This document shows positions 45,711 through 64,000 of a stretch of DNA of 64,000 nucleotides, piece by piece (the stretch's first letter is position 1; the number at the start of each line of letters is the position of its first letter). Both the position numbers and the translations under genes were made by a program. The notes beneath the pieces are model-generated. The model ran no database searches, was not told where the DNA came from, and saw nothing but the letters and a program-made list of their open reading frames with translations. The DNA is taken from NCBI GenBank assembly GCA_012295275.1, contig CM022677.1:12400001-12464000 (forward strand). Reading direction: 5' to 3'. The stretch comes from Chrysomallon squamiferum (lineage: Eukaryota; Animalia; Mollusca).

Positions 45711-47689
45711 AATATGATATTCATTAATAAACTAATCATAAAATAAAGTGCAAGCAGTATTTTTGTTGTCGGCTCTAACTGCATTTCACTTTCTTAGCAA
45801 GAAGAATTGTAGTCCACATTTTTATTTTTTCCATCCAATTTTAATAATAAAAAAATATATTAAATGATTTTCTATTCTTAATTTCAATCAGTTTAATTTT
45901 ATTTTTAAAATTTGATATAAAAGGATTAAAAGAGCAATACTTCACTAAAATATGTTTTAATATAATTGAATAATTCTATTAATTTGTTAAAATTTGATAT
46001 TTACACTGTTTTAGTATTTTAGTCCAGTTTAAGATGCCAGGAATATTAAGTAAATAAACATTTTACACCTATATAGTATTACATTAGACAGTAAGAAAAT
46101 GGTCTTCTAATACTGATTTCACTTGAAATACTAACATACTAGCATGATGGAAATACATCTGAGATTATTCTTACGATCTTTAATTAACCTTTAACAACCA
46201 TTATAGTTACATCATTTATAATAAATTATTTGATTAATTAAAATATTTAATTGTAACATTCTTTCCTGCCACTTTAATATAATTTAATTTTGCCACTAAT
46301 GAATAAATAACCACAATTATCCTGTGCATTCAGCTAATAGTTACAATAATGAATCCTGTGTGTATTTAAAACAAAGACAATGTTGTAAGACACATGTGCT
46401 CTGTGTGTGTATATACTAACAAAAATAAATAATATAAATCTCAAACAATATGCAAACTTCTATTGTATCATTTTTTATTAAGAACTAACTTTTTACAATT
46501 TATTACCTAATGAGTTTCCACTAATATTCAAACTCTTTAACTCAGAGCTGTATCCCTTGTTAGTTTAAACAAAGACTAAGGGCAGATTCAATCTTAAATT
46601 TAAATAAAACAGGCCTGAGTATTTTGTACAAAGCATATAAACTGATAACCAAATATTTCTGAACAAACACACACACACACACACACACACACTATTGTCT
46701 GAGTAGTAGCAATTATCACTATTGCTGATAAACATACACCCACAAAAAAACAGACACACACACAAACACAAGAACTCACACTATCATCAGAATAGTAGTA
46801 ATCACTATTGCTGATACACTCACGCTCACACACACACACATGCACACACTGTTATCTGATTAGTAGCAATTATCACTATTGCTGATAAACTCACACACAC
46901 ACACAGACACACACTATTATCTTAGTATCTGCAATTATCACTGGCTGAGATCTGATTGCAGCCGATATTAAGTTCATTGAGAGAAGAATTTTCTGTGACT
47001 GCCGTACACAAATCTTTAGACCGTCACTCATATTATACTGACTGACACACACCCTGGCTTCTGTTAATAAAAATAAATAATATTAATGAAATTAAACTAA
47101 TATTAAAATTTTATATACACACTTAGAGAAAGACACACATATATTGTTAAAGATTATACAGATATCCATGTAGGAACACACGTATCTGCACAACACACAA
47201 TTTCACATATACATTAACACACAACACAACACAACACACACACACACACAAACACAGAAAAACACATGTATACAATTATAGAGAGATAGATGGATTATGC
47301 AGATACTGTTGATGTTGTTGTTATAACAACTAATGTAATTGTTTATCATCAACTACTACTACAATTTTAACCATTATTTACTATTACACTTTTCATGTGA
47401 ACACAGCAAACTGTTTAAGTTGTGAAACTTCCTCTCACCCTTAAAGCAGCAGCCAGTCCTTTAGTGAGAGCAGTTTTATCAGATAATCCATTACTAGACA
47501 GATCTAGTTCTGTGAGTCCAGTGTTTAGTGAGAGCAGTTTTATCAGATAATCCATTACTGAGAGTTCAGTGTTGTGTTTTCTTTAAGAGCTGCACTGACA
47601 CAATGAGAGAAATAATCATTTCCTAGAGAATTACTCAACACATCCAAATATTCCCGTTTACCAACAACATATTTATTTGTTATTAATAA

Positions 47690-48557
47690 AATGTAGTTAG
47701 TAGATGTTTTAACAGTAGTAATAGTATCAACAGCAGTGGTAGTAGTTGTAGTAATAACAGCAACAGAACTAGTAGTAACAGTGGAAGTGTTGGTTGTAAT
47801 AGTTATGGTAATTTTATTATTAGTAAAATAGTAATAGCAGCAGTACCAGCAGCAGCAGAAATTGTAGGTGCTAGTAGCAGTAACAGCAGCAGTTGTAGTA
47901 GTAGTAGTAGTAGTAGTAACAGCAGCAGCAGACTTCCTAGTTGTAGTATGTGTGGTAATAGTATCAGGAGTAGTAATAGTTGTATTAATAATAATAATAT
48001 TAATAATAGTGGAATAGTTGTAGTTTTAGTAGTAACTAATAGTAGTAGTAATAGTGGTAATAGTTGTAGTATTAGCAGTAACAGTACACGTACTAGTAAC
48101 AGTGGTAATAGATGTAGTATAAGTAACTACTAGTTGTAGTAATAATGGTAATAGTAATAACAGTACTAGTAGTAGTAATAGTGGTAATCACAGCAGATAA
48201 CTGAGGTAGAATTAGACACAGTAAGTAGAGGTATTAAATAACTGCATAGTAGTAGTAGTAGTAGTAGATGTAGCAGATGTAATAATAAAAGTAAAAATAA
48301 TATAATTATCCTTTGTAGTATAAGCATCAACAGTAGAAACAGCAGTAACAGACATAGAGGTAAATAGATATATAATATTGGTAATAGCTTTAGTGTGTTG
48401 AAAGTCACTGTTAGTAACTATTTTTTCAGCAGTAGAATAATAGTAGTAACAGTGGTAGTAGCAAAAGTAGCAATATTAGTAGCTAACTGATAATACTGGA
48501 TAATTACATACACTAATTACTAATAACAAGAACAATAATAATGTCAATAATAATAAT

Positions 48558-48588
<31 letters not shown>

Positions 48589-48900
48589 AGAAGAAGATGG
48601 CAAAGAAAAAGAGGAAGACCAAGAAGAGAAAATAACAATTTTTTTTTCACAATTATATATATATCTATAAACTTAAAAATAATGTCTTGTTATTGGTATA
48701 AGCATTATGTAATAAATATGGAATTCTTTAAACTGGTTTTATTATTATTACTACTACTACTACTACTACTACAACTACTTCAACTACTACTACTACTACT
48801 ACTGTTATTATTATTATTATCAATAGTTATTACTATTGTTATTACTACTATTATTATTATTACTTTTATTACTATTATTATTTTTAATACTTTTATCATT
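47690..48900. repeat. Low-complexity trinucleotide region (AGT/AAT/AGA/ACT)
   Basis: Imperfect (TAG)n, (AAG)n, (CTA)n and (ATT)n arrays. Confidence 0.9.
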
Positions 48901-49209
48901 AGATAAGTTTCTATATTTTCAGTCAGTAAACAAAAACAATATTACTTTTTTAAATATTTAATTACCAGTTTAATCTTAAAAGCCCCTAGTGCTTGTACAA
49001 ACTTCAGCCTGTGTTTATCAGTAGCTCCATCCATATGCAGGACAGACAGTCGGTGTGTGGGTGACTAGGGCAGGGGGGTGAATAGGATAAAAATGGGTGA
49101 GCTTAGGGTCCCGGACAGAAAAGGTGAGTTGAACACATGCCCTCCCACCCTACCCCGGAAGTACGGGCTGTCTGCCAGGGGAAAGTGTTCTCACCCATTT
49201 TTATCTCTC

Positions 49210-50072
49210 CACCCCCTGCCCTAGTCCCCTGCATACCAGCTGTCTGTGCCCCCCTCAGACAGGTTGTGAAGTACCAGAACCAAGTTGAAACTTTAAAACG
49301 ATCGAATCTCGGCATTTTTCGACATTCCATTTATCCCATATGGATAATTAGCGTACATAAGCTTAGTGAGTACATTTCATGTAAGGCTAAAGATGTGAGC
49401 ACATAGCACTAAAAGGAGATAACTCTAATCAGTATAATTTTTACTTTATTTAGTGAGTACCTCTCACATAAGGGAGATAACTGTAATCATATAACTTTTA
49501 CTTTGCTTAGTGAGTATATCTCACGTAAGGGACACAATTCTAATCTAAGTTTGTGAACACATATAACTAAAGGGAGATAATGCTAATCGATATAATTTTT
49601 ACTATGCTTAGTGAATACATCTCAAGTAAAGGATTTAACTCTAATCTATGTTTGTGAACACATATCACTAAAGCTAAAGGGAGATAACTCTAATCGATAT
49701 AATTGTTCCTTTATTTAGTGAGTACATCTCACATAAGGGATTTAATTAATCTATGTTTGTGAACACATATCACTAAAGGGAGATAACACTAATCGATATA
49801 ATTTTTACTTGGCAGAGTAAACTCCTCCCACTTCTGGTGACACATCACGGGGTATGTCATATTATATATAAAGAAAGTGATTTTTACACAATCTTTCATA
49901 GAAGAATTTGATAAATAAAGTACTGCTGTGGAACCTCCAAAAACGCCGAGATTCAATCCCACGATTCAATTCTCATACATGAACTTTAAAGTTTCAGCTT
50001 GGTTCTGTACTTCACAAGCTGTGAGAGTGCAGGGCAGACAGCCAGCGTGTGGGGGACTAGGGCAGGGGGGGG
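49210..50072. mobile_element. Foldback/MITE-like non-autonomous element with ~120-bp imperfect TIRs around an internal tandem array
   Basis: Left end CCCCCTGCCCTAGTCCCC...TTGTGAAGTACCAGAACCAAGTTGAAACTTTAAA...GAATCTCGGCATTTTT is reverse-complementary to right end AAAAACGCCGAGATTC...TTTAAAGTTTCAGCTTGGTTCTGTACTTCACAA...GGGGACTAGGGCAGGGGG. The interior has ~58/43-bp units with an AAGGGAGATAACTC core. Confidence 0.65.
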
Positions 50073-51007
50073 CGTTTTTATTTCTTAAACTATTATTTTT
50101 ATTATTCTGCTATTACAATCTTCTATTGTGTGAATCATTTTTTTATTATAATTATTTTTTCTTAACTTTGCTGAATAATTAAACAGCATTTCTTTAGCAC
50201 TTAACTAAACGAATTAAATGAAACAGAAATCTAAATTAGAAAATATTTTATTATTTTCTTTTTTCAAAATTTGTTTTGTTTTTGTTAATGCTGTTAGCCA
50301 TTATCATCCTTATGTTCATTCCTGTTAATGGACAACAAAGTTATTTCCCTTAGACTACTTTGTCTATGAAATTGACTAATTATTATTATTATTATTATTA
50401 ATAGTAGTAGTAGTAGTAGTAGTAGTAGTATCTCTATTTGTGTGTTCTTAGTTTATTTCATATATTTAAAATGTTTCTTTACTAAAAATTAATGTCATTC
50501 AGAATAAAAATAAGAATTTAAATTTATTAATTTATAGATTCCGTTTTGATACATGGAAATTTGTATATTTTATTTATTATGATTAGAGAAAGAGAGATTT
50601 GGCTTTCACTACAACTGTAAGATTGTATGTTTTCATAAAAATTTCATTTCACTGCAAAAATGTATAAAAATTTCAAATACATGTAAATACTGTTTTTCAG
50701 CCTTTTCATACTGATACATTATTTAAATTTCACAAATATAATGATTTCTAGAGCATAACATCAATTCAGGTGTTCAAAAGTTTAATTAAGTTTCTGTGTG
50801 TGTGCGTGCGTATGTGCGTTTCATCTATCTTTCAATTTTGTTTGTTTTTATTTTTGTTGTTGATATTATTGCTAACATTGTTATTATTGTTATTGTAGTA
50901 CATAATTATACTATTTTTATTATTGTTGTTATTGCTAATAGTGGTGTTATAGCTGTTGCTTTTGCTGTTGGTTAATTTTGCTTTAGGCAGAATTGATAAG
51001 TATGTGT

Positions 51008-52426
51008 GGAGAGAAGAAAGCGAGTTACAGAGAGAGTTAGAGAGAAAAAGACAGAGACAGAGAAACACACACAGAGAGAGATACAGACAGAGACAGACAG
51101 ATAGAGAGAGAAAGAGAGACAGAGACACAGATAGACAGAGAGAGAAAGAGAGACAGAGAGAAAGAATGAGTCAGAGAGACATAGAGAGACAAAGAGAGAG
51201 ATACACAGAGAGAGATACAGAGACAGACAGACAGAGAGACAGAGAGAAAGAGAGACAGAGACAGAGAGAGGAAGAGGGACAGAGAGACAGAGACACAGAT
51301 AGAGTGTCAGACAGACAGAGAGAAAGAGTGAGACAGAGAGAGAGTCAGAGAGACAGAGAGAGGAAGAGGGACAGAGATACAGAGGGAGAAAGAGACAGAG
51401 AAAAAAAGAGACAGGGACATAGCAATACAGAGAGATAGAGACAGGGAGAGAGTCAGACAGACAGACAGAGAGACAGAAATACTGAGAGAGTCAGAGAAAG
51501 AAAGAGATACAGCAGAGAGAAAAAGAGAGATTTAGAGAGAGACAGAGACAGAGGGAGAAAGACAGAAACAAATATACATAGACAGAGAGATATATAGAGA
51601 GAGACCAAGAAAGAAAGAGAGAGACAGAAACAGAGACAAAGAGAGAAAAGAGAGAGACAGAGATAGAGAAAGAGAGAAAAGAGAGAGACAGTGATAGAGA
51701 GAGAGTCACAGAGAGAGAGAGAGAGATAGACAGACAGAAAGAGATTAACCATTAACAAAAAAAGAGACAGGGACATAGCAATACAGAGAGATAGAGACAG
51801 GGAGAGAGTCAGACAGACAGACAGAGAGACAGAAATACTGAGAGAGTCAGAGAAAGAAAGAGATACAGCAGAGAGAAAAAGAGAGATTTAGAGAGAGACA
51901 GAGACAGAGGGAGAAAGACAGAAACAAATATACATAGACAGAGAGATATATAGAGAGAGACAGAGATAGAGAAAGAGAGAAAAGAGAGACAGTGATAGAG
52001 AGAGAGTCACAGAGAGAGAGAGAGAGAGATAGACAGACAGAAAGAGACTAACCATTAAAAAAAAAAAGAGACAGGGACATAGCAATACAGAGAGATAGAG
52101 ACAGGGAGAGAGTCAGACAGACAGACAGAGAGACAGAAATACTGAGAGAGTCAGAGAAAGAAAGAGATACAGCAGAGAGAAAAAGAGAGATTTAGAGAGA
52201 GACAGAGACAGAGGGAGAAAGACAGAAACAAATATACATAGAGAGATATATAGAGAGAGACCAAGAAAGAAAGAGAGAGACAGAAACAGAGACAAAGAGA
52301 GAAAAGAGAGAGACAGAGATAGAGAAAGAGAGAAAAGAGAGACAGAGATAGAGAAAGAGAGAAAAGAGAGACAGTGATAGAGAGAGAGTCACAGAGAGAG
52401 AGAGAGATAGACAGACAGAAAGAGAC
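51008..52426 (+). repeat. AG-rich tract containing three tandem ~300-370-bp duplications
   Basis: AAAAAAAGAGACAGGGACATAGCAATACAGAGAGATAG recurs at ~51401, ~51757 and ~52061. Confidence 0.92.
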
Positions 52427-52566
52427 TAACCATTAACAAAAAACTAACCATTAACCAAACACTAGCATTTAACAAATACTAACCATTAACCAAATACTAA
52501 CATTTAACAAATACTAACCATTACTAACATCCCCTATGTGTACTAAACCACACCGGGGTGTAGGGG

Positions 52567-52594
52567 TGGCAACGTTTCCAAAGGGAATGGCTAA
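52567..52594 (+). mobile_element. Putative Helitron 3' terminus (hairpin + CTRR); paralog at 5700-5727
   Basis: Near-palindrome TGGCAACGTTTCCA, then a 10-nt spacer AAGGGAATGG, then CTAA followed by T, matching the Helitron hairpin-CTRR|T signature. Confidence 0.4.
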
Positions 52595-53107
52595 TTAGTA
52601 CATTAATATAATAACATTTAATTGGTTAGATAGATAGACAGATAGATAGATTATGATAGATAAATAGAAGTACCTACATACAGAGATAGTTATTGAAGAT
52701 AGATGAATAAATGGATACATAGGGTATTGCTACTTTTCCTAATTTCAAATTCATTTGAAAGCCCTTTCTATATAGAGAGAGACAGAGAGGCCAACAGGGT
52801 ATAGACAGACGTGTATGTACTTAAGAATAAGTTATGACATATAAATATCTCCCTCTTGCTTTCTTACTCTCTCTCTCTCACTCTCCAAATCACTCATCCT
52901 TACTTACCTGCATGTTTCTATCTATCTATCTGTCTATCTATATATTTGTTTTATTTCATCATCAGTTTCTCTGGCTATTTGTCTATCTATCTGTCTGTTT
53001 GTTGATCAACCTGTGGTGTAGCTTAATGTTATTACCTGTCTAGCTAACCATTTATTCATTGCTATATCCATTTACCTATCTATCCTCTGTCTGTCTGTTT
53101 ATAACTA

Positions 53108-53158
<51 letters not shown>

Positions 53159-53865
53159 ATATATATATATATTTATTTATTTATTTATTTATTTATATAA
53201 TTATCTCTCATTCTCTGAAAAATCATACACAGGGCATACTTCACACTTCATACACACAGGGCAGAGTTACCTCAAAAGTCTTCCAAGCTGGTCAAGAAAA
53301 TCCTTGGAAATGCTGGAGCCAAAGTTTGTGCTGGTGGTATGATAGCTATATTTATACAACTATCTTGTTTCATGTATGAGTCTCTGTTTATTATTTCACG
53401 ATCAGGCAATTTTGTGGATTTTGTACATTCCCCTTTTTTTAGCCAGATTTATCTAAATAAAGAAATATAGAAATAAAAATTAATAAAATAAAAATAACAA
53501 TAACAATAAATAAATAAAATAAGCATCAAGCTTATCATTCTAAATCTTAAATAACTAATGTTTACCTATTCCAGGCTAGAAGCATATTATTAATTTCACA
53601 ATAAAATCTTTGGGATGAAATATCTCAGCCATGGAAAATTATTATAAATTATCAATGAATTACACTTTAACAATGTTGTAATGCTGACTTTATTTATCTG
53701 GATAAGCAGCAAAAGTAACTTTAAAAACGACTAAATCCTTTGCCTGAGCAAACCTTATAATTAATGAGTTAAGCCATTACAAGCCCTGCATTCATATGTA
53801 ATGTACATGTGTACTTAAACACATTACTATTATTTATTATTATAAAACATACTGATACCACTAAC

Positions 53866-60450
<6,585 letters not shown>

Positions 60451-61276
60451 TGAGATAACGGCAGTTATCTTTGTGTTACAAGCAGCTGAGCCAAAAAGTA
60501 CGTGATATTTTTATTAAGAATTCCCGTCTTTTGCAATCATAATATTAAAATAGATAGTGTTCGTGGGAAGTGATGTTATATTTTATAAGGCAATAAACAT
60601 ATAATCATTAAAAGAGAAGGATTATTTTAAGAAATATCTAGAAATACAGATTAATGTGCAGTGGCATGCAGAGGTCTGGTGATATTTGACTGTAGTTCTC
60701 TACAAATTACTGTTAGTAGCTGATTTTAATGTAATAACGAATATTCTGTTAGGAATACTATTACAGTGATGATTTTTACACGGCGTAATGAAAAAAGAGT
60801 TTTGTAGTTTACATGATATTTTAGATATTTTAGATATTTAGATATTTAGGATTTCTTCGATAAAATTCCTTTTCACAGTTATGCAGATCTAATACTACAC
60901 TCTAAATTACAAAAAAAGGTGAAGCAGTAATATTAACCGAATATTTAAAAAAAAAAAAAAAAAAACCAGCTTATTCCAGACTAACGTCTTTTGTCTTATT
61001 AACATAACTAGATTATAGAAGTGATATAAAAAGAGAAATTATATTGATAATTATAGATTATGCTGATAACGTTTATTTTATTCGGTCACTGATATTATAA
61101 TTACTCCTCATACTTTCACCACCTATTAAAATATATTAATTTATATTAATGTCGCCGTCGTTGCCATCGTACCGGTGTTGTTCCTAACGTTATTGGTTTA
61201 CTCCTTTTCGTCTTTTATTCGCTGTTATTCTTATTTTCTGACCGCGCCCATCATATGTTAAAATATATTATTATTA

Positions 61277-61476
61277 NNNNNNNNNNNNNNNNNNNNNNNN
61301 NNNNNNNNNNNNNNNNNNNNNNNNNNNNNNNNNNNNNNNNNNNNNNNNNNNNNNNNNNNNNNNNNNNNNNNNNNNNNNNNNNNNNNNNNNNNNNNNNNNN
61401 NNNNNNNNNNNNNNNNNNNNNNNNNNNNNNNNNNNNNNNNNNNNNNNNNNNNNNNNNNNNNNNNNNNNNNNNNNNN
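61277..61476. other. Assembly gap (200 N)
   Basis: Exactly 200 N. Confidence 0.99.
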
Positions 61477-63957
61477 TAAAATTGTTGCACAGTTATCTAT
61501 TATTATTTTGTTGTTGTTCCCATTCGTTAACGGTGTTGTTAGGTACTGAAATAAAGGTTGACTACAGTTAACTATAAACTGTAAGATCTTTTTATCTGAT
61601 TTCAGAAACCTTCAATATTATTATTGTTTTTTCCGGATATATATTATTTCATTGTGAATAAAATTCATTACCGACAGTAGAATCGATCAAATTAATTTGT
61701 AATTAGTGAGATTTAAAAAGAAAAAACCCCAGAAAGGATGTCAATACATATTGTCGATTGGTGGTCATAGTGAACATGGCTTGCATCTTATGTGCATGTA
61801 ACAGGCCATTGATATTCAGATGATGTATCGTTATCCATGTTACAGACTGGCTTTTGTAACAACAAGAAGTTGGAAGAGATCTCGTTCGAAAACAGTGACA
61901 AAGAAATGAAACAACTAAATTATTGCTCGATCGACTGGAGAACGTTATCTCTTGTTGACGGAATGATTATACTGGAATTAATGATGGAAGTGAAATGAGT
62001 AACGATGAATTCATTGACAGATCTGGCTGGAGAACATATTTTTATATAAACAATGGGCCGTAACTCTTAAAAGCTTATAATTATGTTGACTAAAAATAGT
62101 TGAGATTCAGTGTTAATTAATGGAAACTTCAGTTCCTGACACAAATGAAGTCCAGTTTTAATTTTTTTACAGCTTATAAAAAATAGATACATTATAAAAC
62201 ATGTTGAAAGTTAAATATTACGGAAAAAAAAAAAAGGAAGTAATTTTAGTAAATCTTTCACTGTGGGTTAAAGTTAGCTGATTTAAATATACATTTATCA
62301 AAATATTTTTTCTTTAGTTTATTTGGAAACATTGTTACGTGATAGGAAATGAATTGGTTAAATTTATTTCAAAACATCCTTAATTTTATCACACTGTTTC
62401 GAGTAAGGTTTATGCCCAGGGTTAACTTTAATATGAAAAGCTGCAAGACCTGGAAAAAAAGCATGAGGAGTTTCAAGTATGGTTAGCATTTTGGTTAGGT
62501 TTTGGTTAGGTTTAGGTTAGTCCAACTTTTGTGCAGAGTTAAATGTCAGTTAACCTGAAGCGTGTCTTCATTCAGCACAAACTGACAATTTATAGATTTT
62601 TGGTAAAAGTAAATCAGTTCTGAAAGAGAACGTCGTTTTAACGAAAACCTTCGAAACTTTTTTTTTTTTTTTTTTTTAAATGTTTTTATTTTATATGTAA
62701 AATATATATTTGATAAATTGGCTTTAAAAAAAAAACAAACAAAAAAACAAATAAATAAACAAATAATAAATAAAAAATAAATAAATAAATTAAAAGAAAA
62801 ACAGACAATACGTGTGTTGTAATATGATTTGTTAAGCTGTATCAGGTGAAATAATATCGCGTTCTGAAACTAATATCTTTCTACCTGCTAATAAAAGTCA
62901 ACTATAAATACTACTGCTACGTACAAACAACAAAACATAGTAACTGATATCTCAAAAATGTGAATAGATACTAAACTGCATCCTCACTGGGGATCTGTAA
63001 ACTCGTCTTTTAAATCCCGGTGTTACAAAGCATATTTCGTCTTTTCTTCTCTATGCACGCTCGAGTTAGTTTTGGACAAAAGGGACTGATTCACAATAAT
63101 CACAGAGGAGGGACACAGGGCCGGTACTGAGGCTTCAGTGTTTATAGGATGTGGAATAAAACCATATATTATTGTTTCATTTTGATTTGTTTTGTTTATT
63201 TATTTATTTATTTTTATTTTTATTATTATTATTTTTTTTTAATTTTTAATTTCAGTTTTCTATCAGTTCGTAACCTATAAGTAGAGAAATATGATGCTAA
63301 AAATAAATATTGTGACGTCCGGTTTCTCAAATAGATTACAATACAAATCACTTTAAGACACACACACCACAGACGCATACAAACGTACATACAACTTGGA
63401 TATATATATATATATATGCTGTCTCACAGATACGTGCAAACAACGAAAAATATGTAAAGGAGACATAGTAGTGAATAAATAAATACAAACATAAATAAAT
63501 AAATAATGAATACAGAAGTTACTACTATTACTACTACTTCCACTGCTACTATACTACTACTACTACTACTACTAATAATAATAATAATAATAGTGGTAGC
63601 AGTAGAATTAGTAGTACTAGTATAATTGATATTACTTTTGTTTGCACTACTACTATTATTAATATTACTAGTGTTACTAATTATACTATTACTGTTACTA
63701 TTACTGCCACTACTACTACTAATAAAACTCAGCTATAACTACTACTGCTAATATTTGTATAAGTTATTACTACTACTTCAACGACAACTACTTCTATTAC
63801 TAGCTACGACAATTACTACTACTACTAAGAATAATTGTAATTAATCAGTGTGAACAGTATGCCAGTAATATATTTCATAAGGAACAGTACATATAAATAA
63901 TCAAAATCAAATAAAATGTGAATGCAGTTAAATAAAATAACAAAATAACGATTTTCA

Positions 63958-63998
<41 letters not shown>

Positions 63999-64000
63999 GG

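Noticed and set aside
48541-48906. Protamine-like poly-Arg ORF
   Set aside because: Made of (AAG)n, (CTA)n and (ATT)n microsatellites.
62480-62521. GGTTAG-like repeats suggesting interstitial telomere
   Set aside because: Only a few irregular units, not (TTAGGG)n; more likely a TE-associated simple repeat.

Overview
Very AT-rich, microsatellite-dense metazoan DNA. It is probably a lophotrochozoan such as a mollusc (inferred only from repeat motifs), from a scaffolded assembly with two 200-N gaps. I see no intact, recognisable protein-coding gene; most ORF-track entries are microsatellite artefacts. The window is a duplication-rich 'gene graveyard' with five main components. (1) A ~7.7/8.4-kb diverged inverted repeat (~10115-17853 vs 20271-~28640) around a spacer holding a LINE remnant and a gap, plus a third partial copy (~29630-33000). 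(2) A direct duplication (~1052-7761 vs ~48896-53982) with Helitron-like termini and nested foldback/satellite elements. (3) Several decayed spliced genes: an 8-exon pseudogene at 6737-10511 (-), a TOPORS/ICP0-type RING pseudogene with an S/T-rich repeat at ~38200-39330 (-), and weaker exon chains. (4) An orphan ~70-bp EGFR kinase 'VKITDFGLAKLL' fragment. (5) A hAT-like MITE, minisatellites and many microsatellites. I found no convincing novel functional system; the best leads are the repeat architecture, exon shuffling and the captured gene fragment. Alignments and translations were done by eye, so boundaries are approximate.
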